DNA of 64,000 nucleotides from an uncultured Gammaproteobacteria bacterium (GTDB taxonomy: Bacteria; Patescibacteriota; Microgenomatia; Levybacterales; UBA12049), in NCBI GenBank assembly GCA_964635045.1, contig CAZWMJ010000002.1:7688-71687 (forward strand), given 5' to 3'. The position numbers and the translations under genes were made by a program. Every line of letters starts with the position of its first letter. Position 1 is the first letter of the stretch. This document shows, piece by piece, positions 34,572 through 43,508 of this stretch. The notes below the pieces were generated by a model. The model ran no database searches, was not told the DNA's origin, and saw only the letters and a program-made list of their open reading frames with translations.

Positions 34572-36653
34572 ATGTATCTGTCTGATCTATTATTCGTTAT
34601 TCAGTGGTGGATCGTGTTCTTCATAATTGGCATAATTTTTTTGCCTTTAATTAGTTTTATATTTTCGGAGTTTTTCGACCGGGGATACATATTTGCCAAA
34701 ATAATAGGAATCGCAAGTCTCACCTACGCTGTTTTTTTATTTGGGGTTCTAAAAATTCTTCCCTTTACCCAACTGACAGTAATTTTACTTTTAAGTATTG
34801 CCTTAATCCTTAATCTTTTAATATTTTCTTATCATAATGTTTTTTCTCTCTTTAAAAAACATTGGAGAATTTTTATTTTTGAGGAATTTTTATTTTTGGG
34901 AGGATTGCTCTTTTGGTCATTCATCAGAGCTCACCAGCCGGACATTCATGGATTGGAAAAATACATGGATTTTGGTTTCATCAATTCCATATTGCGAAGT
35001 GAGTTCTTCCCCCCGCTTGATATGTGGTTCCCTCCACTTTCTATCAACTATTATTATTTTGGACATCTGATCACTGCTGTCTTAACAAAATTATCCAACA
35101 TCCCCTCTCCCATAACATTTAACCTGATGGTGGCAGCAATCTTCGCTTTTACTTTTACCGGCTCATTTTCTATAGGTTTTAATCTTATTACTCAAATTAA
35201 ACTAAACGCTAAACGCTCTACCCTATACACTATCATTGGTGGATTATTTACAGCCTTTTTAGTAACATTAACCGGTAATCTTCACACCATCTATACTTTC
35301 TTTAAGCCGTACGATACTCAAAACCCTCTTCCTTTTTGGCAACTAATCTTTTCGCCATCAACCTTTCCCAATAATTACTGGTATCCAAACGCCACTCGCT
35401 TTATCCCTTTTACCATTCATGAATTTCCGCTTTATTCCTTTGTGGTGTCAGACTTGCACGGTCATGTTCTTGATATACCTGTTGTCTTATTAACAATAGC
35501 CTTCTTATTTAATATCTTAATATCTAAATCTCTTAACATCTTTAAAATCTTATTATTGTCGCTCCTGATGGCAGTTATGTACATGACTAATGCTTGGGAC
35601 GGTATAATTTATTTCGGATTAACCGCTTTGATATTATTTTATTTGTTAAGAAAATCCCCATTGAGATATTTGATATTGGTAGTATTGGTACTTATTGGTA
35701 GTATTATCTTCTCTCTTCCTTTTAATCTTAATTTTAAACCATTCGTAGCCGGCATTGGCGTCCTTTGCGCCCCACAATTTATGGCCAATATTGGCAAGTT
35801 AGGACCGTTCCTCTTTGAAGTAAATCACTGCCAAAAATCACCCTGGTGGCAAATTTTCATTCTCTATGGGTTTTTTTATTTTTGGGTGGTGACCTTTATA
35901 TTTTTCCTGATTAAAAAAAGATCGGATAAACGTCAGATTTTCCCCTCCGACATTTTTATATTTTTATTGATTATTTTCTCCAGTATTTTAATCGTCATTC
36001 CCGAATTTATCTATGCCAAAGATATTTACCCTGCTCACTACAGAGCAAACACCATGTTTAAGCTGGTCTATCAATCTTTTATCATGCTGTCGATCTCATC
36101 GGGATACATTATTTTTAAAGTGGCAATAAATATAAAGAAAAAAATATTGGCTGTCTGTCTTTTATCTTTAGTTGCCATTTATTCTTTTTTTGCCATCAAT
36201 TCATATTATGGAAATTTGGAAAAATACAAAGGACTTGACGGACTTTCATATCTTGCTAATTTATATCCAACCGATTATAAAACAATTCTTTGGATCAGAG
36301 ATAACATAAAAAACCAACCAATTATTCTTGAAGCAAACGGAGACAGTTATACCGATTACGCCAGAGTCTCAGCCAACACCGGATTGCCAACGGTGATCGG
36401 CTGGCCGGTCCATGAATGGCTGTGGAGAGGAAGTTATGATGTGGCGGCTCCCCGAATTGCCGATGTGCAAAAACTCTATGAAACAGCGGATCTTAATATT
36501 ACTAAGCAATTAATAAACAAATATAAAATTTCCTTAATTTTTGTTGGCGATATGGAATATCAAAAATACCCCAATCTGGATGAACAAAAATTCGAAGCCC
36601 TAGGGAAAATTATCTTTCAGAGTAAAAACACCAAAGTTTATCAGCTAAAGTGA
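34572..36653 (+). CDS. large polytopic membrane protein, DUF2298 / Chlor_Arch_YYY-type (putative GT-C-like glycosyltransferase)
   Basis: LSINYYYFGHLITAVL matches the YYY-domain signature. More than 15 TM helices, with a soluble C-terminal domain. ATG 34572 is preferred over the track start at 34533, which overlaps the previous gene. Confidence 0.6.
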   Translation: MYLSDLLFVIQWWIVFFIIGIIFLPLISFIFSEFFDRGYIFAKIIGIASLTYAVFLFGVLKILPFTQLTVILLLSIALILNLLIFSYHNVFSLFKKHWRIFIFEEFLFLGGLLFWSFIRAHQPDIHGLEKYMDFGFINSILRSEFFPPLDMWFPPLSINYYYFGHLITAVLTKLSNIPSPITFNLMVAAIFAFTFTGSFSIGFNLITQIKLNAKRSTLYTIIGGLFTAFLVTLTGNLHTIYTFFKPYDTQNPLPFWQLIFSPSTFPNNYWYPNATRFIPFTIHEFPLYSFVVSDLHGHVLDIPVVLLTIAFLFNILISKSLNIFKILLLSLLMAVMYMTNAWDGIIYFGLTALILFYLLRKSPLRYLILVVLVLIGSIIFSLPFNLNFKPFVAGIGVLCAPQFMANIGKLGPFLFEVNHCQKSPWWQIFILYGFFYFWVVTFIFFLIKKRSDKRQIFPSDIFIFLLIIFSSILIVIPEFIYAKDIYPAHYRANTMFKLVYQSFIMLSISSGYIIFKVAINIKKKILAVCLLSLVAIYSFFAINSYYGNLEKYKGLDGLSYLANLYPTDYKTILWIRDNIKNQPIILEANGDSYTDYARVSANTGLPTVIGWPVHEWLWRGSYDVAAPRIADVQKLYETADLNITKQLINKYKISLIFVGDMEYQKYPNLDEQKFEALGKIIFQSKNTKVYQLK
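35666..35708 (+). repeat. 43-nt ATATTTG/GTAGTATT element (copy 2 of 2), inside a CDS
   Basis: ATATTTGATATTGGTAGTATTGGTACTTATTGGTAGTATTATC, compared with 7113-7154. Encodes RYLILVVLVLIGSII. Confidence 0.8.
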
Positions 36654-37718
36654 ACATTTACCGCTACTAATCTCGCATTTGACATATTTTTGAATCTCGG
36701 AAAAATTACCGTTACCAATTTTGGGAATAAGTACCCACAGACCGTTATAATCTCTGCTAATCGGCGGATTAATCAAAAGACCGGACTTGTTGTTTTCTGA
36801 ATCCCCAAAATCCAAAACCGAACTTTTAATTTTGGCAGTTTTCATCTTTTGAGCCAGTCTAATAAAATCATCAAACTCATCCTGTTTAATATCCGTATCG
36901 ATGCTTTTTTGTAAAATCTCATAAAAACTTAACACCTTGGCCGGATTAAGCAGTGTACCCACAGAAAAAACCTTATCCTTAAAAGCTTTTATGACTAATT
37001 CTTGTCTTTTACTTCTGGCAAAATCCGTACCCTCCTCCCCTTCTGCATGACGGGAACGAACAAATTGTAAAGCTTTCTGTCCATCCATATGCTGTAATCC
37101 TTCGTCAAAGCGGATGTGAGTGTAACGACAGGGAAACGCCTCAAGCTGAGAAGAAGCGGTAGCAAGTGTTACCAATTCTTCATCTGTATGTCCACAAGAA
37201 TCATCTTCTTTCCCGGCGATTGGATACTCATAATCGTCAAGTGCTTTCTCCACCTTAATATCCAATCCTCCTGCCAGATCAATTGCCTTAACAAATCCCT
37301 CGAAATCTACTCTAATTCCATAATCAACCGGTTGATCGAGAATTTTTGCCACAACTGCCTTGGTTAGAATCAAACCTCCTCCTTTTTTCTTGCTTTCACC
37401 AAAGGCATAAGAATAGTTAATTTTTTGCTTAAGATCTTCTATCCATAAATCACGGGGGATTGACACCAGTGTTACATCGTTTTTTATAGGACTTAAACTG
37501 GCAAAAATAACCGTATCTGTCAACTCAGGGCCCTGATGCTTTTCTCCACCAATCCCCAAAAGTAAGATATTAATTCTATCATCAGTTTTTTTAAGTGTGA
37601 TATCGCGGTTGAAAATAAGCTGAAACATAACGGGAGTTAGCTTAATGGTCGTGCCAATAAATCTGACAATAAAAATAAGCAGTAACAGCCCAAGAATAAT
37701 AAATACTTTTTTACGCAT
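36645..37718 (-). CDS. LytR-CpsA-Psr (LCP) family glycopolymer-to-peptidoglycan ligase
   Basis: 357 aa with an N-terminal TM helix. INILLLGIGGEKHQGPELTDTVIFASL...VSIPRDLWI. Confidence 0.8.
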   Translation of the reverse strand: MRKKVFIILGLLLLIFIVRFIGTTIKLTPVMFQLIFNRDITLKKTDDRINILLLGIGGEKHQGPELTDTVIFASLSPIKNDVTLVSIPRDLWIEDLKQKINYSYAFGESKKKGGGLILTKAVVAKILDQPVDYGIRVDFEGFVKAIDLAGGLDIKVEKALDDYEYPIAGKEDDSCGHTDEELVTLATASSQLEAFPCRYTHIRFDEGLQHMDGQKALQFVRSRHAEGEEGTDFARSKRQELVIKAFKDKVFSVGTLLNPAKVLSFYEILQKSIDTDIKQDEFDDFIRLAQKMKTAKIKSSVLDFGDSENNKSGLLINPPISRDYNGLWVLIPKIGNGNFSEIQKYVKCEISSGKCSL

Positions 37719-38382
37719 TTTTGACTATATCGGCAAATTCTTCGGGATTAAGGCTTGCTCTACCAACTACAACACCGTCAATGCTTGGCATTTTTGTAAA
37801 GCCGGCAATATTTTCCGAAGTGACACTCCCGCCATATAAAACGCTGGCATTACTATCTTTTTCTTTTATAAATTTTGCTACATTTTGCGCATTTTCCGGC
37901 GTATCGGGAATTCCAGGACTAATCGAAGAAGGGGGTTCGTAAACTACTAATGACATATCTTTTGGGATCGGAGTTGTTTCATTCTGAATAAAAAAAACTG
38001 AAGCAATTCCATATTTTCTCGCCATTGCAACCTTTTTGATAATCATAGCGTTGTCTTCATGGAAATTAGTTTTCCTTTCTGAATGGCCTATTAAAACATA
38101 ATCAGCAAATTCTTTTATTTGTCTGCCATAAATCTCTCCCGTATAAGCTCCCTCATCAAAAGGCGAAATATCCTGCGCCCCGAATTTTATTGGCAGTTTC
38201 AGATTTTCCGAGCAGTAACGGACGTGTTCAAAAAGAGTAAAGGACGGACAAAGTATTATCTCTTTGTTTTTAAGGTCCGGCCTATTAAGCCGTAATTTTT
38301 GAGCGAGGCCATGTAGCCACTTTTCTGCCTCGTCAATGGTTTTATTAGATTTCCAGTTTGCAATGATAAAAATCTTTTTCAT
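37711..38382 (-). CDS. tpiA: triosephosphate isomerase (short, divergent loop 6)
   Basis: 223 aa. ANWKSNK, GAQDIS...GAYTGEI, IGHSERK, VYEPP and YGGSV motifs. Confidence 0.85.
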   Translation of the reverse strand: MKKIFIIANWKSNKTIDEAEKWLHGLAQKLRLNRPDLKNKEIILCPSFTLFEHVRYCSENLKLPIKFGAQDISPFDEGAYTGEIYGRQIKEFADYVLIGHSERKTNFHEDNAMIIKKVAMARKYGIASVFFIQNETTPIPKDMSLVVYEPPSSISPGIPDTPENAQNVAKFIKEKDSNASVLYGGSVTSENIAGFTKMPSIDGVVVGRASLNPEEFADIVKNA

Positions 38383-38421
38383 ACTTGAGCCCCGCCAAGC
38401 GGAATGTTATTATTATACGGC

Positions 38422-40239
38422 ATGAATAGAGGTTTTCTCAATGACTTAAACCCGGAACAACAAAAAGCGGTTGCGCAAAGCGAGGGATCAATGGTCATTT
38501 TGGCCGGCGCAGGCAGTGGAAAAACCAGGGTTATTACATACAAAATACTGCATCTAATACATCAGGGAATAAATCCGCTGAATATCTTAGCTTGTACTTT
38601 CACAAACAAGGCAGCTTTGGAGATGAAAGAAAGAGTGCAAAAATTTATGACCGGTGTCAAATCACCGCTTATTTCCACTTTCCACTCTCTTTGCGCCAAG
38701 ATACTTAGAATTGACGGCAAACATATCGGGATTTTTGAAAACTTTGCTATTTATGACGACCAAGACCAGATTGCCGCTATCAAAGAAGCAATGACGAGAT
38801 TAAATCTTTCCATCAAAGATTTTAAACCGTATTCCGTCTTATCTGCCATCTCTCAGGCTAAAAATGAATTGATAGGAGAATTGGAATATCCAAATTATGC
38901 CAGAGGTTATTTCCAAGAAGCGGTAGCCCAAATTTATCCCATGTATCAAAACGTGCTAAAGGAAAATCACGCTTTGGATTTTGATGACCTGCTCATAAAA
39001 ACCATACAGCTTTTGAAAAACAACCCGGAAGTTTTAGAGAAATATCAAAATCGTTTCCATTATATTTTGATTGACGAGTATCAGGACACAAACCACGCCC
39101 AATACATATTGACAAAAATGCTCTCCCAGAAATGGAAGAATATCTGCGTGGTCGGAGATTTTTCCCAAAGCATTTACAGTTGGCGGGGGGCGGATTTTAG
39201 AAATCTCACCAAATTCAAACAAGATTTTCAAAATACAAAAACCTTTTCTCTTTCGCAAAACTACCGCTCAACACAAAAAATTCTTGATGGAGCCACCTCC
39301 GTCATCCAAAACAATACCACCCACCCCATACTCTCTCTTTGGACGGAAAACCCGAAGGGAGACGAAATAACAATTTATGAATCAAGAAACGAGCAGGATG
39401 AGGCAGAATATATCGCGGACAAAATTCAAAATTTATCTTATTCCGACATCGCTGTTCTTTATCGAACCAATGCTCAATCCCGCGTTATCGAGGAAGTATT
39501 TTTGCATCGGGGAATTCCTTATATGTTAATCGGAGGAACGAGATTTTATGAGAGAAAAGAAATAAAAGACATTTTAGCCTATCTTCGCATTATTGCTAAC
39601 CCAAAGGATAAAATTTCCCGCCAACGCGTGGAAAAACTGGGAAAAGGCAGATTCGTAAAGTTCCAAACATTCCAAGACAAACTGACTGAGAAAAACACTC
39701 TCGCAACGCTTCAACTTTTGGATCAAGTTGTACAAGCAACGGATTATCTAAGTTTATATGACGAAAAAGACGAGGAAGACAGACAAAGACTGGAAAATAT
39801 AAAAGAACTGCGCAGTGTCGCCATAGAATTTCCCAATCTTATTCAATTTTTGGAAAATGTTTCTTTGGTTGAACAGGAATATTTGCCTGACAAACCTGCC
39901 AATAATGACAAAAAAGACGCGGTAACCCTGATGACCATCCATGCCGCCAAAGGACTGGAATTTCCAGTAGTTTTTATGATCGGCATGGAAGAAGGATTAT
40001 TTCCTCACAGCAGATCTGTGATGGATAAAAACGAATTGGAAGAAGAACGAAGACTCTGTTATGTCGGGATGACTCGCGCCAAAGAAAAATTATTTTTTAC
40101 TTATGCCCGCCGCCGTCTTTTTTTTGGTCAAAGATCATCAAATACCATCTCCCGATTTATTTTGGAACTGCCAGAAAACGTTATCAATCAAAACATGCAT
40201 ATAATACAAAAGGATCCGGATGTGCCGGAATTTTTATGA
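38422..40239 (+). CDS. pcrA: UvrD/PcrA-family ATP-dependent DNA helicase
   Basis: LNPEQQKAV, AGAGSGKT, DEYQDTN, and the HAAKGLEF and YVGMTRA motifs. ATG 38422 (MNRGFLNDLN) is preferred; the track start is 38404. Confidence 0.9.
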   Translation: MNRGFLNDLNPEQQKAVAQSEGSMVILAGAGSGKTRVITYKILHLIHQGINPLNILACTFTNKAALEMKERVQKFMTGVKSPLISTFHSLCAKILRIDGKHIGIFENFAIYDDQDQIAAIKEAMTRLNLSIKDFKPYSVLSAISQAKNELIGELEYPNYARGYFQEAVAQIYPMYQNVLKENHALDFDDLLIKTIQLLKNNPEVLEKYQNRFHYILIDEYQDTNHAQYILTKMLSQKWKNICVVGDFSQSIYSWRGADFRNLTKFKQDFQNTKTFSLSQNYRSTQKILDGATSVIQNNTTHPILSLWTENPKGDEITIYESRNEQDEAEYIADKIQNLSYSDIAVLYRTNAQSRVIEEVFLHRGIPYMLIGGTRFYERKEIKDILAYLRIIANPKDKISRQRVEKLGKGRFVKFQTFQDKLTEKNTLATLQLLDQVVQATDYLSLYDEKDEEDRQRLENIKELRSVAIEFPNLIQFLENVSLVEQEYLPDKPANNDKKDAVTLMTIHAAKGLEFPVVFMIGMEEGLFPHSRSVMDKNELEEERRLCYVGMTRAKEKLFFTYARRRLFFGQRSSNTISRFILELPENVINQNMHIIQKDPDVPEFL

Positions 40240-41186
40240 CAGTTCATCCGCTTCAATCAAAAGAATGGGGAGAATTTAGAAAAAAAACCGGAGTTAAATT
40301 TATGATAGAGGAAGGGTTTATACTTTCAATTCATAAAATTCCTCACACTCCATGGACTATTGGATATTTACCTAAAGGAACTTTACCGACTAAAGAAACA
40401 GTTAAAAAACTTTCCGAAATTGGCAAGCAGGAAAACTGCATATTTATTCAGTTGGAACCAAACATACAATTAACGCAAAACGCAAAACGCAAAACGCAAA
40501 ACTACAACTCAAAACTTAAAAGTTATGGACTAAATTCTTCACCTCATCCTCTTTTTACTAAGTATACTTTTCAGCTTGATTTAACACAAAGCGAAGATGA
40601 GTTGCTGAAAAATATGCATCCCAAAACCCGCTATAACATCAGAGTTGCTCAAAAACACGGGGTGGAAGTGACAGAAGATAACTCGGATAAAGCTTTTGAA
40701 ATATATTTAAAACTAACCAGAGAAACAACGACCAGACAGAAATTTTATGCCCACGATGAAAAATACCACCGAGTAATGTGGCAAACTCTAAAACCTGCCG
40801 GAATTGCCCATTTGTTAATAGCAAAATATAAAAAAGAGCCACTAGTTGCTTGGGTTGTTTTTATCTACGATGATGTTCTCTATTATCCTTATGGAGCCTC
40901 AAGCGATAAATACCGCGAAGTAATGGCCAGCAACCTAATGATGTGGGAAGCGATAAGATTTGGCAAGAAAATGGGTTGCAAAGTTTTTGACATGTGGGGA
41001 AGCTTGGGACCAAATCCAGATAAAAACGACCCATGGTATGGATTTCACAGGTTCAAACTTGGGTATGGGGGAAAGCTGGTGGAATTTGTGGGCAGCTTCG
41101 ACCTGGTCATTAACCCTTTTCTTTACGAGCTTTACAAAATCGCCGATAAACTGCGCTGGCTCTTATTAAGAATTAAAAAACTATAA
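40236..41186 (+). CDS. FemAB-family peptidoglycan interpeptide-bridge aminoacyltransferase-like protein
   Basis: 316 aa. MHPKTRYNIRVAQKHGVEV and the YYPYGASSDKYREVMASNLMMWEAI blocks. Contains the heptamer array 40473-40521. Confidence 0.7.
   Translation: MTVHPLQSKEWGEFRKKTGVKFMIEEGFILSIHKIPHTPWTIGYLPKGTLPTKETVKKLSEIGKQENCIFIQLEPNIQLTQNAKRKTQNYNSKLKSYGLNSSPHPLFTKYTFQLDLTQSEDELLKNMHPKTRYNIRVAQKHGVEVTEDNSDKAFEIYLKLTRETTTRQKFYAHDEKYHRVMWQTLKPAGIAHLLIAKYKKEPLVAWVVFIYDDVLYYPYGASSDKYREVMASNLMMWEAIRFGKKMGCKVFDMWGSLGPNPDKNDPWYGFHRFKLGYGGKLVEFVGSFDLVINPFLYELYKIADKLRWLLLRIKKL
40473..40521 (+). repeat. (ACGCAAA)4 heptamer array plus three degenerate units, in-frame in the FemAB-like gene
   Basis: ACGCAAA x4, then ACTACAA CTCAAAA CTTAAAA. 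Encodes NAKRKTQNYNSKLK. Confidence 0.9.
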
Positions 41187-41705
41187 TTTGTAAAGAAAAA
41201 GTTGATTTTCCTTATCTTCTCCAACTTTCTTCATTGAAAATTGATATTTGTAAGTAATAACTCTTGTTCCCGCACGTAGTTCTTTTATTAATTTTGGTTT
41301 AAGCCTCTCCAGGGCTTTTGGGACAAGATATAAAAAAACAATTGTGGCCTCTGTTATATTTTGTTTATTGAAATTGTCTTTTATTATTGTGACTTTCTTT
41401 TCAACGCCATTTTTTTTAATCAAAAACTTGGCCATAAAAAAACGCAGCGGGTCTATTTCAATCCCAATCCCTCCGGCGCCGATTTCTTTTGCGGCGAGCA
41501 TGAGAAGTCGTCCGTTGCCGCATCCGAGATCATAAATTACATCTTCTTTAGTGACTTTTGCCAGTTTGAATGCCGCACGTATTTGTTCGTCTTTGATTGT
41601 CCACCACGGCGCCCAAGGGCTGTCAGGCGGCCACACCCATGACAAAATAATAAACAGAAAAACAATCATGAATATTAATATCAGATTGAAAAATAAAAAA
41701 TTCAT
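41181..41705 (-). CDS. class I SAM-dependent methyltransferase with N-terminal TM helix
   Basis: 174 aa with the VIYDLGCGNGRLLMLAA motif I. Confidence 0.7.
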   Translation of the reverse strand: MNFLFFNLILIFMIVFLFIILSWVWPPDSPWAPWWTIKDEQIRAAFKLAKVTKEDVIYDLGCGNGRLLMLAAKEIGAGGIGIEIDPLRFFMAKFLIKKNGVEKKVTIIKDNFNKQNITEATIVFLYLVPKALERLKPKLIKELRAGTRVITYKYQFSMKKVGEDKENQLFLYKL

Positions 41706-42014
41706 TTATATCACTTTTCCTATTATCTCTTTATTGGTAATCCAGCCAAAATCCTTGCTGTCGGTACTCTGTTTGGGATTATCCCCCACCACAAAATATT
41801 CCTCTTTTCGCTTTTTGTCAATTCTTTTTAATAACAACCGTCCACCTTGTCCTGAGCTTGTCGAAGGATCGCGCGGATCTTTGACTACGACCACCTCGCC
41901 CACTTTCGGTTCTCGGAAAAAATAAGGAATCGAGCTAACCAGAAGCGTTTGATTAGGCTTAAAAGTCGGCTCCATGCTGCGGCCTGAAACTACAAATCGC
42001 ATGAGGAGAATCAT
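41706..42014 (-). CDS. sodX: S26-type signal-peptidase-like protease, Ni-SOD maturation protease (SodX-like)
   Basis: 102 aa. SGRSMEPT (Ser nucleophile) and LLLKRI (Lys). Immediately downstream of sodN with an ATGA overlap. Carries an 8-aa PSTSSGQG insertion. Confidence 0.7.
   Translation of the reverse strand: MILLMRFVVSGRSMEPTFKPNQTLLVSSIPYFFREPKVGEVVVVKDPRDPSTSSGQGGRLLLKRIDKKRKEEYFVVGDNPKQSTDSKDFGWITNKEIIGKVI
41845..41867 (-). repeat. GC-rich element CCTTCGACAAGCTCAGGACAAGG inserted in-frame in sodX
   Basis: The plus strand reads CCTTGTCCTGAGCTTGTCGAAGG. On the coding strand it encodes PSTSSGQG, between the VVVKDPRD and RLLLKRI blocks. Confidence 0.75.
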
Positions 42015-42442
42015 TTTGAAGCTTTAACCCTGTTAAAGATATCGGCGATTTTATCAACTGCCGAAACTAACTCCGCCGCTTTGCTCTCATCAACCGCTCG
42101 CTTATTGTCACTACAGAGTTTGGTTGTTTTCCAAACAAGATCATGAAGATCGGGGAATTTTCCCAAATGCTCCGTCTTAAAATAGTCTGTCCATAAAATC
42201 AGTACTTCTTTTTTACAAAGCTCCGCGTGCTGTTCTTTGGTAAGTACCATTCGCACAAATGAATTTCTATCATTGACTGCCGGATTTTCTTTGGGCAGGG
42301 CGTTTATCTTTTGCACCATGGCAAGAACAGTTTTTGCGGCTATTTGCGCTGTGTTAGGATCATAAATACCGCACGGCACATCACAATGGGCATAAACCAC
42401 CTTAGTTGGCAAAAATTTTGCCACCAGTTTACCAATATTCAT
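42011..42442 (-). CDS. sodN: nickel superoxide dismutase precursor
   Basis: 143 aa. The 18-aa propeptide MNIGKLVAKFLPTKVVYA is followed by HCDVPCGIYDP, the Ni-hook (HCDxPCGxY). Confidence 0.9.
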   Translation of the reverse strand: MNIGKLVAKFLPTKVVYAHCDVPCGIYDPNTAQIAAKTVLAMVQKINALPKENPAVNDRNSFVRMVLTKEQHAELCKKEVLILWTDYFKTEHLGKFPDLHDLVWKTTKLCSDNKRAVDESKAAELVSAVDKIADIFNRVKASK

Positions 42443-42455
42443 ATCTCACAAGACT

Positions 42456-42668
42456 CTACTTGCCTTTACAAACTTTGCAATCGTTTTTGTGGGTAACAAA
42501 AACGTATATGGCTGATGCTCCTATTAAAATATAAACTATTTGCCCCAGTTGACTTCCTTCACCCAAAATTGTGTCGACCAAATTAAACTTATTAAAAAGG
42601 GCGATAAGTCCCCAATTGAGCGCACCAATCATTGCTAAGGTAAAAGCTACTATGTGTAATATTTTCAA
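42456..42668 (-). CDS. DUF378-type small membrane protein
   Basis: 70 aa. IGALNWGLIALFNKFNLV. TTG start preceded by GGAGGTGA. Confidence 0.65.
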   Translation of the reverse strand: MKILHIVAFTLAMIGALNWGLIALFNKFNLVDTILGEGSQLGQIVYILIGASAIYVFVTHKNDCKVCKGK

Positions 42669-42700
42669 CTAAGATCACCTCCTTCCGCTTTTGATCCATC

Positions 42701-43468
42701 TTAAGTGTAAACATGTTTCTGTAGTTTAGTCAAGTAGTAAACAATATTACCCAGAAGAAGAGAGGATAGTAAAACGTCGGGGAAAATATTGATTCTGCTT
42801 ATCATAATTGCCATAATTGCCGTGAGCGGGCCGAAAAGATATTTCCAATAACCATTTGCCGGGCTGGTGATCGGTTCAGGCAGCATCACGGCGGCAAACA
42901 AAAATACCGTTGGGTCCCAAAGCATGGGCAGGACGGCATTCTGCCCCACAGCGATAAAAAAATACAAACCATAAGCAAAAAGAAAGGTAACAGGCAAAAT
43001 TAACCGCTTAAGCCTAAAAAGGGTGTAAGAAACTCCCAGAATGACAATAATAATCCACGAACTCCAGGATACCGCCCACCAGGAAATCGGCGCATGAAGG
43101 ATAAAACCGGTAGATAAAATACCAAAGGCGGCCGGATTAAAAATATGCCGATGTTCGCCTGTTCGAATAAATTGTTTGGAAAAAGAAGCCAGAAAAGCGG
43201 CAAGGATAAAGACAAAGACGGATTGTTGCGGCGAAAAAATAAGTCCGATGAGAAATCCGCTGACTAATGATGAGGCCGGAAAATACCAAACCTTTTTCCT
43301 AAAATAGGTTATGAGAAGATCAAAAAAAGAAACGAGAAACACGGAAAATATTGGCATAAAAAATGCCTGGACGCTGAAATGAAAAATAAGTGTAACTAAC
43401 CAAATTGCGGCCAGGACAGAAGCGATACGAACTCTCGTGTTGCCAATAAGAAAACTCAGTCTATTCAT
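42701..43468 (-). CDS. polytopic membrane protein, RnfD/NqrB-like (weak)
   Basis: 255 aa with about 8 TM helices. The HIFNPAAFGI motif resembles the RnfD/NqrB family. Confidence 0.35.
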   Translation of the reverse strand: MNRLSFLIGNTRVRIASVLAAIWLVTLIFHFSVQAFFMPIFSVFLVSFFDLLITYFRKKVWYFPASSLVSGFLIGLIFSPQQSVFVFILAAFLASFSKQFIRTGEHRHIFNPAAFGILSTGFILHAPISWWAVSWSSWIIIVILGVSYTLFRLKRLILPVTFLFAYGLYFFIAVGQNAVLPMLWDPTVFLFAAVMLPEPITSPANGYWKYLFGPLTAIMAIMISRINIFPDVLLSSLLLGNIVYYLTKLQKHVYT

Positions 43469-43508
43469 CCTGTATTAATTTTGGAGAAAAAGAAACCAAA
43501 AAGCAAGA

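Noticed and set aside
37711-38382. Archaeal-type triosephosphate isomerase, suggested by the 223-aa length and the YEPP motif
   Set aside because: ANWKSNK, GAQD...GAYTGEI, IGHSERK and YGGSV are the bacterial-type motifs. It is better described as a shortened bacterial TIM with a divergent loop 6.
38404-38421. Track start codon ATG 38404 for the helicase
   Set aside because: MLLLYG adds nothing family-like. ATG 38422 follows TATTAT-type -10 candidates and gives the usual M...LNxxQxxAV N-terminus. Either start remains possible.
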